NCBI GenBank assembly: GCA_964016885.1
Contig: OZ024759.1
Coordinates: 5,890,001-5,954,000 of the forward strand
From: Eledone cirrhosa
Lineage: Eukaryota
DNA length: 64,000 bases
Direction of reading: 5' to 3'
The position numbers and the translations under genes were made by a program. Positions 1-12,700 of this stretch are shown piece by piece. A model generated the notes under the pieces. That model saw nothing but the letters and a program-made list of their open reading frames with translations. It was not told the origin of the DNA and searched no databases. Within the stretch, counting starts at the first letter, position 1. Every line of letters starts with the position of its first letter.

Positions 1-950
1 GGTGAGAATTCATTTAAGTTCATGGTATTAGTTTGTCAGAAGTAACTCCACTGTTGGTGAGAATTCATTTAAGTCATGGTATTAGTTGTCAGAAGTAACT
101 CCAATGTTGGTGAGAATTCATTTAAGTCATGGTACTAGCCGTCAGAAGTAACTCCAATGTTGGTGAGAATTCATTTAAGTTCATGGTATTAGCTGTCAGA
201 AGGAACTCCACTGTTGGTGAGAATTCATTTAAGTTCATGGTATTAGCTGTCAGAAGTAACTCCACTGTTGGTGAGAATTCATTTAAGTTCATGGTACTAG
301 CTGTCAGAAGTAACTCCAATGTTGGTGAGAATTCATTTAAGTTCATGGTATTAGCTGTCAGAAGTAACTCCACTGTTGGTGAGAATTCATTTAAGTCATG
401 GTATTAGCTGTCAGAAGTAACTCCACTGTTGGTGAGAATTCATTTAAGTTCATGGTATTAGCTGTCAGAAGGAACTCCACTGTTGGTGAGAATTCATTTA
501 AGTTCATGGTACTAGCTGTCAGAAGTAACTCCACTGTTGGTGAGAATTCATTTAAGTTCATGGTATTAGTTTGTCAGAAGTAACTCCACTGTTGGTGAGA
601 ATTCATTTAAGTCATGGTATTAGTTGTCAGAAGTAACTCCAATGTTGGTGAGAATTCATTTAAGTCATGGTACTAGCCGTCAGAAGTAACTCCAATGTTG
701 GTGAGAATTCATTTAAGTTCATGGTATTAGCTGTCAGAAGTAACTCCACAGTTGGTGAGAATTCATTTAAGTTCATGGTATTAGCTGTCAGAAGTAACTC
801 CACTGTTGGTGAGAATTCATTTAAGTTCATGGTACTAGCTGTCAGAAGTAACTCCAATGTTGGTGAGAATTCATTTAAGTTCATGGTATTAGCTGTCAGA
901 AGTAACTCCACTGTTGGTGAGAATTCATTTAAGTCATGGTATTAGCTGTC
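1..950. repeat. 538-bp (10-monomer) local higher-order repeat, about 1.7 copies visible
   Basis: The GTTTG / GTTG-CAAT / GCCG-CAAT monomer series at 1-180 recurs at 539-718. ORFs at 122 and 660 are offset by 538. The copies differ at a few sites. Confidence 0.75.
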
Positions 951-1789
951 AGAAGTAACTCCACTGTTGGTGAGAATTCATTTAAGTTCATGGTATTAGC
1001 TGTCAGAAGTAACTCCACTGTTGGTGAGAATTCATTTAAGTTCATGGTATTAGCTGTCAGAAGTAACTCCACTGTTGGTGAGAATTCATTTAAGTTCATG
1101 GTACTAGCTGTCAGAAGTAACTCCACTGTTGGTGAGAATTCATTTAAGTTCATGGTATTAGCTGTCAGAAGTAACTCCAATGTTGGTGAGAATTCATTTA
1201 AGTTCATGGTATTAGCTGTCAGAAGTAACTCCACTGTTGGTGAGAATTCATTTAAGTTCATGGTATTAGCTGTCAGAAGTAACTCCACTGTTGGTGAGAA
1301 TTCATTTAAGTTCATGGTACTAGCTGTCAGAAGTAACTCCACTGTTGGTGAGAATTCATTTAAGTTCATGGTATTAGTTTGTCAGAAGTAACTCCACTGT
1401 TGGTGAGAATTCATTTAAGTCATGGTATTAGTTGTCAGAAGTAACTCCAATGTTGGTGAGAATTCATTTAAGTTCATGGTACTAGCTGTCAGAAGTAACT
1501 CCACTGTTGGTGAGAATTCATTTAAGTTCATGGTATTAGCTGTCAGAAGTAACTCCACTGTTGGTGAGAATTCATTTAAGTCATGGTATTAGCTGTCAGA
1601 AGTAACTCCATTGTTGGTGAGAATTCATTTAAGTCATGGTACTTGCTGTCAGAAGTAACTCCACTGTTGGTGAGAATTCATTTAAGTTCATGGTATTAGC
1701 TGTCAGAAGGAACTCCACTGTTGGTGAGAATTCATTTAAGTTCATGGTACTAGCTGTCAGAAGTAACTCCACTGTTGGTGAGAATTCAT

Positions 1790-3830
1790 TTAAGTTCATG
1801 GTATTAGTTTGTCAGAAGTAACTCCGCTGTTGGTGAGAATTCATTTAAGTCATGGTATTAGTTGTCAGAAGTAACTCCAATGTTGGTGAGAATTCATTTA
1901 AGTCATGGTACTAGCTGTCAGAAGTAACTCCAATGTTGGTGAGAATTCATTTAAGTTCATGGTATTAGCTGTCAGAAGGAACTCCACTGTTGGTGAGAAT
2001 TCATTTAAGTTCATGGTATTAGCTGTCAGAAGTAACTCCACTGTTGGTGAGAATTCATTTAAGTTCATGGTACTAGCTGTCAGAAGTAACTCCAATGTTG
2101 GTGAGAATTCATTTAAGTTCATGGTATTAGCTGTCAGAAGTAACTCCACTGTTGGTGAGAATTCATTTAAGTCATGGTATTAGCTGTCAGAAGTAACTCC
2201 AATGTTGGTGAGAATTCATTTAAGTTCATGGTATTAGCTGTCAGAAGTAACTCCACTGTTGGTGAGAATTCATTTAAGTTCATGGTATTAGTTTGTCAGA
2301 AGTAACTCCACTGTTGGTGAGAATTCATTTAAGTCATGGTATTAGCTGTCAGAAGTAACTCCACTGTTGGTGAGAATTCATTTAAGTCATGGTATTAGCT
2401 GTCAGAAGTAACTCCACTGTTGGTGAGAATTCATTTAAGTTCATGGTACTAGTTGTCAGAAGTAACTCCACTGTTGGTGAGAATTCATTTAAGTTCATGG
2501 TATTAGTTGTCAAAAGTAACTCCACTGTTGGTGAGAATTCATTTAAGTCATGGTATTAGTTGTCAGAAGTAACTCCAATGTTGGTGAGAATTCATTTAAG
2601 TTCATGGTACTAGCTGTCAGAAGTAACTCCACTGTTGGTGAGAATTCATTTACGTTCATGGTATTAGCTGTCAGAAGTAACTCCACTGTTGGTGAGAATT
2701 CATTTAAGTCATGGTATTAGCTGTCAATAGTAACTCCATTGTTGGTGAGAATTCATTTAAGTCATGGTATTAGCTGTCAGAAGTAACTCCACTGTTGGTG
2801 AGAATTCATTTAAGTTCATGGTATTAGTTTGTCAGAAGTAACTCCGCTGTTGGTGAGAATTCATTTAAGTCATGGTATTAGTTGTCAGAAGTAACTCCAA
2901 TGTTGGTGAGAATTCATTTAAGTCATGGTACTAGCTGTCAGAAGTAACTCCAATGTTGGTGAGAATTCATTTAAGTTCATGGTATTAGCTGTCAGAAGGA
3001 ACTCCACTGTTGGTGAGAATTCATTTAAGTTCATGGTATTAGCTGTCAGAAGTAACTCCACTGTTGGTGAGAATTCATTTAAGTTCATGGTACTAGCTGT
3101 CAGAAGTAACTCCAATGTTGGTGAGAATTCATTTAAGTTCATGGTATTAGCTGTCAGAAGTAACTCCACTGTTGGTGAGAATTCATTTAAGTCATGGTAT
3201 TAGCTGTCAGAAGTAACTCCAATGTTGGTGAGAATTCATTTAAGTTCATGGTATTAGCTGTCAGAAGTAACTCCACTGTTGGTGAGAATTCATTTAAGTT
3301 CATGGTATTAGTTTGTCAGAAGTAACTCCACTGTTGGTGAGAATTCATTTAAGTCATGGTATTAGCTGTCAGAAGTAACTCCACTGTTGGTGAGAATTCA
3401 TTTAAGTCATGGTATTAGCTGTCAGAAGTAACTCCACTGTTGGTGAGAATTCATTTAAGTTCATGGTACTAGTTGTCAGAAGTAACTCCACTGTTGGTGA
3501 GAATTCATTTAAGTTCATGGTATTAGTTGTCAAAAGTAACTCCACTGTTGGTGAGAATTCATTTAAGTCATGGTATTAGTTGTCAGAAGTAACTCCAATG
3601 TTGGTGAGAATTCATTTAAGTTCATGGTACTAGCTGTCAGAAGTAACTCCACTGTTGGTGAGAATTCATTTACGTTCATGGTATTAGCTGTCAGAAGTAA
3701 CTCCACTGTTGGTGAGAATTCATTTAAGTCATGGTATTAGCTGTCAATAGTAACTCCATTGTTGGTGAGAATTCATTTAAGTCATGGTATTAGCTGTCAG
3801 AAGTAACTCCACTGTTGGTGAGAATTCATT
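1790..3830. repeat. 1020-bp (19-monomer) tandem duplication
   Basis: Rare markers CCGCT (1824/2844), CAAAAG (2511/3531), TACGTT (2651/3671) and CAATAG (2725/3745) are all offset by 1020. Confidence 0.92.
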
Positions 3831-4379
3831 TAAGTTCATGGTATTAGCTGTCAGAAGGAACTCCACTGTTGGTGAGAATTCATTTAAGTTCATGGTACTA
3901 GCTGTCAGAAGTAACTCCACTGTTGGTGAGAATTCATTTAAGTTCATGGTATTAGTTTGTCAGAAGTAACTCCACTGTTGGTGAGAATTCATTTAAGTCA
4001 TGGTATTAGTTGTCAGAAGTAACTCCAATGTTGGTGAGAATTCATTTAAGTCATGGTACTAGCCGTCAGAAGTAACTCCAATGTTGGTGAGAATTCATTT
4101 AAGTTCATGGTATTAGCTGTCAGAAGGAACTCCACTGTTGGTGAGAATTCATTTAAGTTCATGGTACTAGCTGTCAGAAGTAACTCCAATGTTGGTGAGA
4201 ATTCATTTAAGTTCATGGTATTAGCTGTCAGAAGTAACTCCACTGTTGGTGAGAATTCATTTAAGTCAAGGTATTAGCTGTCAGAAGTAACTCCACTGTT
4301 GGTGAGAATTCATTTAAGTTCATGGTATTAGCTGTCAGAAGGAACTCCACTGTTGGTGAGAATTCATTTAAGTTCATGG

Positions 4380-7300
4380 TACTAGCTGTCAGAAGTAACT
4401 CCACTGTTGGTGAGAATTCATTTAAGTTCATGGTATTAGTTTGTCAGAAGTAACTCCACTGTTGGTGAGAATTCATTTAAGTCATGGTATTAGTTGTCAG
4501 AAGTAACTCCAATGTTGGTGAGAATTCATTTAAGTCATGGTACTAGCCGTCAGAAGTAACTCCAATGTTGGTGAGAAATCATTTAAGTTCATGGTATTAG
4601 CTGTCAGAAGGAACTCCACTGTTGGTGAGATTTCATTTAAGTTCATGGTATTAGCTGTCAGAAGTAACTCCACTGTTGGTGAGAATTCATTTAAGTTCAT
4701 GGTACTAGCTGTCAGAAGTAACACCAATGTTGGTGAGAATTCATTTAAGTTCATGGTATTAGCTGTCAGAAGTAACTCCACTGTTGGTGAGAATTCATTT
4801 AAGTCATGGTATTAGCTGTCAGAAGTAACTCCAATGTTGGTGAGAATTCATTTAAGTCATGGTACTAGCTGTCAGAAGTAACTCCAATGTTGGTGAGAAT
4901 TCATTTAAGTTCATGGTATTAGCTGTCAGAAGGAACTCCACTGTTGGTGAGAATTCATTTAAGTTCATGGTATTAGCTGTCAGAAGTAACTCCACTGTTG
5001 GTGAGAATTCATTTAAGTTCATGGTACTAGCTGTCAGAAGTAACTCCAATGTTGGTGAGAATTCATTTAAGTTCATGGTATTAGCTGTCAGAAGTAACTC
5101 CACTGTTGGTGAGAATTCATTTAAGTCATGGTATTAGCTGTCAGAAGTAACTCCAATGTTGGTGAGAATTCATTTAAGTTCATGGTATTAGCTGTCAGAA
5201 GTAACTCCACTGTTGGTGAGAATTCATTTAAGTTCATGGTATTAGTTTGTCAGAAGTAACTCCACTGTTGGTGAGAATTCATTTAAGTCATGGTATTAGC
5301 TGTCAGAAGTAACTCCACTGTTGGTGAGAATTCATTTAAGTCATGGTATTAGCTGTCAGAAGTAACTCCACTGTTGGTGAGAATTCACTTAAGTTCATGG
5401 TACTAGTTGTCAGAAGTAACTCCACTGTTGGTGAGAATTCATTTAAGTTCATGGTATTAGCTGTCAGAAGGAACTCCACTGTTGGTGAGAATTCATTTAA
5501 GTTCATGGTATTAGCTGTCAGAAGTAACTCCACTGTTGGTGAGAATTCATTTAAGTTCATAGTACTAGTTGTCAGAAGTAACTCCACTGTTGGTGAGAAT
5601 TCATTTAAGTTCATGGTATTAGTTGTCAGAAGTAACTCCACTGTTGGTGAGAATTCATTTAAGTCATGGTATTAGTTGTCAGAAGTAACTCCAATGTTGG
5701 TGAGAATTCATTTAAGTTCATGGTACTAGCTGTCAGAAGTAACTCCACTGTTGGTGAGAATTCATTTAAGTTCATGGTATTAGCTGTCAGAAGTAACTCC
5801 ACTGTTGGTGAGAATTCATTTAAGTCATGGTATTAGCTGTCAATAGTAACTCCATTGTTGGTGAGAATTCATTTAAGTCATGGTACTAGCTGTCAGAAGT
5901 AACTCCACTGTTGGTGAGAATTCATTTAAGTTCATGGTACTAGCTGTCAGAAGTAACTCCACTGTTGGTGAGAATTCATTTAAGTTCATGGTATTAGTTT
6001 GTCAGAAGTAACTCCACTGTTGGTGAGAATTCATTTAAGTCATGGTATTAGTTGTCAGAAGTAACTCCAATGTTGGTGAGAATTTTATTTAAGTCATGGT
6101 ACTAGCCGTCAGAAGTAACTCCAATGTTGGTGAGAATTCATTTAAGTTCATGGTATTAGCTGTCAGAAGGAACTCCACTGTTGGTGAGAATTCATTTAAG
6201 TCATGGTATTAGCTGTCAGAAGTAACTCCACTGTTGGTGAGAATTCATTTAAGTTCATGGTATTAGCTGTCAGAAGGAACTCCACTGTTGGTGAGAATTC
6301 ATTTAAGTTCATGGTACTAGCTGTCAGAAGTAACTCCACTGTTGGTGAGAATTCATTTAAGTTCATGGTATTAGTTTGTCAGAAGTAACTCCACTGTTGG
6401 TGAGAATTCATTTAAGTCATGGTATTAGTTGTCAGAAGTAACTCCAATGTTGGTGAGAATTCATTTAAGTCACGGTACTAGCCGTCAGAAGTAACTCCAA
6501 TGTTGGTGAGAATTCATTTAAGTTCATGGTATTAGCTGTCAGAAGGAACTCCACTGTTGGTGAGAATTCATTTAAGTTCATGGTATTAGCTGTCAGAAGT
6601 AACTCCACTGTTGGTGAGAATTCATTTAAGTTCATGGTACTAGCTGTCAGAAGTAACTCCAATGTTGGTGAGAATTCATTTAAGTTCATGGTATTAGCTG
6701 TCAGAAGTAACTCCACTGTTGGTGAGAATTCATTTAAGTCATGGTATTAGCTGTCAGAAGTAACTCCAATGTTGGTGAGAATTCATTTAAGTTCATGGTA
6801 TTAGCTGTCAGAAGTAACTCCACTGTTGGTGAGAATTCATTTAAGTTCATGGTATTAGCTGTCAGAAGTAACTCCACTGTTGGTGAGAATTCATTTAAGT
6901 TCATGGTACTAGCTGTCAGAAGTAACTCCACTGTTGGTGAGAATTCATTTAAGTTCATGGTATTAGCTGTCAGAAGTAACTCCAGTGTTGGTGAGAATTC
7001 ATTTAAGTTCATGGTATTAGCTGTCAGAAGTAACTCCACTGTTGGTGAGAATTCATTTAAGTTCATGGTACTAGCTGTCAGAAGTAACTCCACTGTTGGT
7101 GAGAATTCATTTAAGTTCATGGTATTAGTTTGTCAGAAGTAACTCCACTGTTGGTGAGAATTCATTTAAGTCATGGTATTAGTTGTCAGAAGTAACTCCA
7201 ATGTTGGTGAGAATTCATTTAAGTCATGGTACTAGCCGTCAGAAGTAACTCCAATGTTGGTGAGAATTCATTTAAGTTCATGGTATTAGCTGTCAGAAGG

Positions 7301-9720
7301 AACTCCACTGTTGGTGAGATTTCATTTAAGTTCATGGTATTAGCTGTCAGAAGTAACTCCACTGTTGGTGAGAATTCATTTAAGTTCATGGTACTAGCTG
7401 TCAGAAGTAACACCAATGTTGGTGAGAATTCATTTAAGTTCATGGTATTAGCTGTCAGAAGTAACTCCACTGTTGGTGAGAATTCATTTAAGTCATGGTA
7501 TTAGCTGTCAGAAGTAACTCCAATGTTGGTGAGAATTCATTTAAGTCATGGTACTAGCTGTCAGAAGTAACTCCAATGTTGGTGAGAATTCATTTAAGTT
7601 CATGGTATTAGCTGTCAGAAGGAACTCCACTGTTGGTGAGAATTCATTTAAGTTCATGGTATTAGCTGTCAGAAGTAACTCCACTGTTGGTGAGAATTCA
7701 TTTAAGTTCATGGTACTAGCTGTCAGAAGTAACTCCAATGTTGGTGAGAATTCATTTAAGTTCATGGTATTAGCTGTCAGAAGTAACTCCACTGTTGGTG
7801 AGAATTCATTTAAGTCATGGTATTAGCTGTCAGAAGTAACTCCAATGTTGGTGAGAATTCATTTAAGTTCATGGTATTAGCTGTCAGAAGTAACTCCACT
7901 GTTGGTGAGAATTCATTTAAGTTCATGGTATTAGTTTGTCAGAAGTAACTCCACTGTTGGTGAGAATTCATTTAAGTCATGGTATTAGCTGTCAGAAGTA
8001 ACTCCACTGTTGGTGAGAATTCATTTAAGTCATGGTATTAGCTGTCAGAAGTAACTCCACTGTTGGTGAGAATTCACTTAAGTTCATGGTACTAGTTGTC
8101 AGAAGTAACTCCACTGTTGGTGAGAATTCATTTAAGTTCATGGTATTAGCTGTCAGAAGGAACTCCACTGTTGGTGAGAATTCATTTAAGTTCATGGTAT
8201 TAGCTGTCAGAAGTAACTCCACTGTTGGTGAGAATTCATTTAAGTTCATAGTACTAGTTGTCAGAAGTAACTCCACTGTTGGTGAGAATTCATTTAAGTT
8301 CATGGTATTAGTTGTCAGAAGTAACTCCACTGTTGGTGAGAATTCATTTAAGTCATGGTATTAGTTGTCAGAAGTAACTCCAATGTTGGTGAGAATTCAT
8401 TTAAGTTCATGGTACTAGCTGTCAGAAGTAACTCCACTGTTGGTGAGAATTCATTTAAGTTCATGGTATTAGCTGTCAGAAGTAACTCCACTGTTGGTGA
8501 GAATTCATTTAAGTCATGGTATTAGCTGTCAATAGTAACTCCATTGTTGGTGAGAATTCATTTAAGTCATGGTACTAGCTGTCAGAAGTAACTCCACTGT
8601 TGGTGAGAATTCATTTAAGTTCATGGTACTAGCTGTCAGAAGTAACTCCACTGTTGGTGAGAATTCATTTAAGTTCATGGTATTAGTTTGTCAGAAGTAA
8701 CTCCACTGTTGGTGAGAATTCATTTAAGTCATGGTATTAGTTGTCAGAAGTAACTCCAATGTTGGTGAGAATTTTATTTAAGTCATGGTACTAGCCGTCA
8801 GAAGTAACTCCAATGTTGGTGAGAATTCATTTAAGTTCATGGTATTAGCTGTCAGAAGGAACTCCACTGTTGGTGAGAATTCATTTAAGTCATGGTATTA
8901 GCTGTCAGAAGTAACTCCACTGTTGGTGAGAATTCATTTAAGTTCATGGTATTAGCTGTCAGAAGGAACTCCACTGTTGGTGAGAATTCATTTAAGTTCA
9001 TGGTACTAGCTGTCAGAAGTAACTCCACTGTTGGTGAGAATTCATTTAAGTTCATGGTATTAGTTTGTCAGAAGTAACTCCACTGTTGGTGAGAATTCAT
9101 TTAAGTCATGGTATTAGTTGTCAGAAGTAACTCCAATGTTGGTGAGAATTCATTTAAGTCACGGTACTAGCCGTCAGAAGTAACTCCAATGTTGGTGAGA
9201 ATTCATTTAAGTTCATGGTATTAGCTGTCAGAAGGAACTCCACTGTTGGTGAGAATTCATTTAAGTTCATGGTATTAGCTGTCAGAAGTAACTCCACTGT
9301 TGGTGAGAATTCATTTAAGTTCATGGTACTAGCTGTCAGAAGTAACTCCAATGTTGGTGAGAATTCATTTAAGTTCATGGTATTAGCTGTCAGAAGTAAC
9401 TCCACTGTTGGTGAGAATTCATTTAAGTCATGGTATTAGCTGTCAGAAGTAACTCCAATGTTGGTGAGAATTCATTTAAGTTCATGGTATTAGCTGTCAG
9501 AAGTAACTCCACTGTTGGTGAGAATTCATTTAAGTTCATGGTATTAGCTGTCAGAAGTAACTCCACTGTTGGTGAGAATTCATTTAAGTTCATGGTACTA
9601 GCTGTCAGAAGTAACTCCACTGTTGGTGAGAATTCATTTAAGTTCATGGTATTAGCTGTCAGAAGTAACTCCAGTGTTGGTGAGAATTCATTTAAGTTCA
9701 TGGTATTAGCTGTCAGAAGT
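4380..9720. repeat. 2689-bp (50-monomer) higher-order repeat
   Basis: ORF pairs 4530/7219, 4852/7541, 5336/8025, 6203/8892 and 6734/9423 are all offset by 2689. Shared markers: ACACCAAT, GAGATTTC, CACTT, CATAGT, AATTTTAT, CACGG, CCAGT. Confidence 0.92.
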
Positions 9721-12700
9721 AACTCCACTGTTGGTGAGAATTCATTTAAGTTCATGGTATTAGCTGTCAGAAGTAACTCCACTGTTGGTGAGAATTCATT
9801 TAAGTTCATGGTACTAGCTGTCAGAAGTAACTCCACTGTTGGTGAGAATTCATTTAAGTTCATGGTATTAGTTTGTCAGAAGTAACTCCACTGTTGGTGA
9901 GAATTCATTTAAGTCATGGTATTAGTTGTCAGAAGTAACTCCAATGTTGGTGAGAATTCATTTAAGTTCATGGTATTAGCTGTCAGAAGTAACTCCACTG
10001 TTGGTGAGAATTCATTTAAGTTCATGTTATTAGCTGTCAGAAGTAACTCCACTGTTGGTGAGAATTCATTTAAGTCATGGTATTAGGTGTCAGAAGTAAC
10101 TCCATTGTTGGTGAGAATTCATTTAAGTCATGGTACTTGCTGTCAGAAGTAACTCCACTGTTGGTGAGAATTCATTTAAGTCATGGTATTAGCTGTCAGA
10201 AGTAACTCCACTGTTGGTGAGAATTCACTTAAGTTCATGGTACTAGTTGTCAGAAGTAACTCCACTGTTGGTGAGAATTCATTTAAGTTCATGGTATTAG
10301 CTGTCAGAAGGAACTCCACTGTTGGTGAGAATTCATTTAAGTTCATGGTATTAGCTGTCAGAAGTAACTCCACTGTTGGTGAGAATTCATTTAAGTTCAT
10401 AGTACTAGTTGTCAGAAGTAACTCCACTGTTGGTGAGAATTCATTTAAGTTCATGGTATTAGTTGTCAGAAGTAACTCCACTGTTGGTGAGAATTCATTT
10501 AAGTCATGGTATTAGTTGTCAGAAGTAACTCCAATGTTGGTGAGAATTCATTTAAGTTCATGGTACTAGCTGTCAGAAGTAACTCCACTGTTGGTGAGAA
10601 TTCATTTAAGTTCATGGTATTAGCTGTCAGAAGTAACTCCACTGTTGGTGAGAATTCATTTAAGTCATGGTATTAGCTGTCAATAGTAACTCCATTGTTG
10701 GTGAGAATTCATTTAAGTCATGGTACTAGCTGTCAGAAGTAACTCCACTGTTGGTGAGAATTCATTTAAGTTCATGGTACTAGCTGTCAGAAGTAACTCC
10801 ACTGTTGGTGAGAATTCATTTAAGTTCATGGTATTAGTTTGTCAGAAGTAACTCCACTGTTGGTGAGAATTCATTTAAGTCATGGTATTAGTTGTCAGAA
10901 GTAACTCCAATGTTGGTGAGAATTTTATTTAAGTCATGGTACTAGCCGTCAGAAGTAACTCCAATGTTGGTGAGAATTCATTTAAGTTCATGGTATTAGC
11001 TGTCAGAAGGAACTCCACTGTTGGTGAGAATTCATTTAAGTCATGGTATTAGCTGTCAGAAGTAACTCCACTGTTGGTGAGAATTCATTTAAGTTCATGG
11101 TATTAGCTGTCAGAAGGAACTCCACTGTTGGTGAGAATTCATTTAAGTTCATGGTACTAGCTGTCAGAAGTAACTCCACTGTTGGTGAGAATTCATTTAA
11201 GTTCATGGTATTAGTTTGTCAGAAGTAACTCCACTGTTGGTGAGAATTCATTTAAGTCATGGTATTAGTTGTCAGAAGTAACTCCAATGTTGGTGAGAAT
11301 TCATTTAAGTCACGGTACTAGCCGTCAGAAGTAACTCCAATGTTGGTGAGAATTCATTTAAGTTCATGGTATTAGCTGTCAGAAGGAACTCCACTGTTGG
11401 TGAGAATTCATTTAAGTTCATGGTATTAGCTGTCAGAAGTAACTCCACTGTTGGTGAGAATTCATTTAAGTTCATGGTACTAGCTGTCAGAAGTAACTCC
11501 AATGTTGGTGAGAATTCATTTAAGTTCATGGTATTAGCTGTCAGAAGTAACTCCACTGTTGGTGAGAATTCATTTAAGTCATGGTATTAGCTGTCAGAAG
11601 TAACTCCAATGTTGGTGAGAATTCATTTAAGTTCATGGTATTAGCTGTCAGAAGTAACTCCACTGTTGGTGAGAATTCATTTAAGTTCATGGTATTAGCT
11701 GTCAGAAGTAACTCCACTGTTGGTGAGAATTCATTTAAGTTCATGGTACTAGCTGTCAGAAGTAACTCCACTGTTGGTGAGAATTCATTTAAGTTCATGG
11801 TATTAGCTGTCAGAAGTAACTCCAGTGTTGGTGAGAATTCATTTAAGTTCATGGTATTAGCTGTCAGAAGTAACTCCACTGTTGGTGAGAATTCATTTAA
11901 GTTCATGGTACTAGCTGTCAGAAGTAACTCCACTGTTGGTGAGAATTCATTTAAGTTCATGGTATTAGTTTGTCAGAAGTAACTCCACTGTTGGTGAGAA
12001 TTCATTTAAGTCATGGTATTAGTTGTCAGAAGTAACTCCAATGTTGGTGAGAATTCATTTAAGTCATGGTACTAGCCGTCAGAAGTAACTCCAATGTTGG
12101 TGAGAATTCATTTAAGTTCATGGTATTAGCTGTCAGAAGGAACTCCACTGTTGGTGAGATTTCATTTAAGTTCATGGTATTAGCTGTCAGAAGTAACTCC
12201 ACTGTTGGTGAGAATTCATTTAAGTTCATGGTACTAGCTGTCAGAAGTAACACCAATGTTGGTGAGAATTCATTTAAGTTCATGGTATTAGCTGTCAGAA
12301 GTAACTCCACTGTTGGTGAGAATTCATTTAAGTCATGGTATTAGCTGTCAGAAGTAACTCCAATGTTGGTGAGAATTCATTTAAGTCATGGTACTAGCTG
12401 TCAGAAGTAACTCCAATGTTGGTGAGAATTCATTTAAGTTCATGGTATTAGCTGTCAGAAGGAACTCCACTGTTGGTGAGAATTCATTTAAGTTCATGGT
12501 ATTAGCTGTCAGAAGTAACTCCACTGTTGGTGAGAATTCATTTAAGTTCATGGTACTAGCTGTCAGAAGTAACTCCAATGTTGGTGAGAATTCATTTAAG
12601 TTCATGGTATTAGCTGTCAGAAGTAACTCCACTGTTGGTGAGAATTCATTTAAGTCATGGTATTAGCTGTCAGAAGTAACTCCAATGTTGGTGAGAATTC

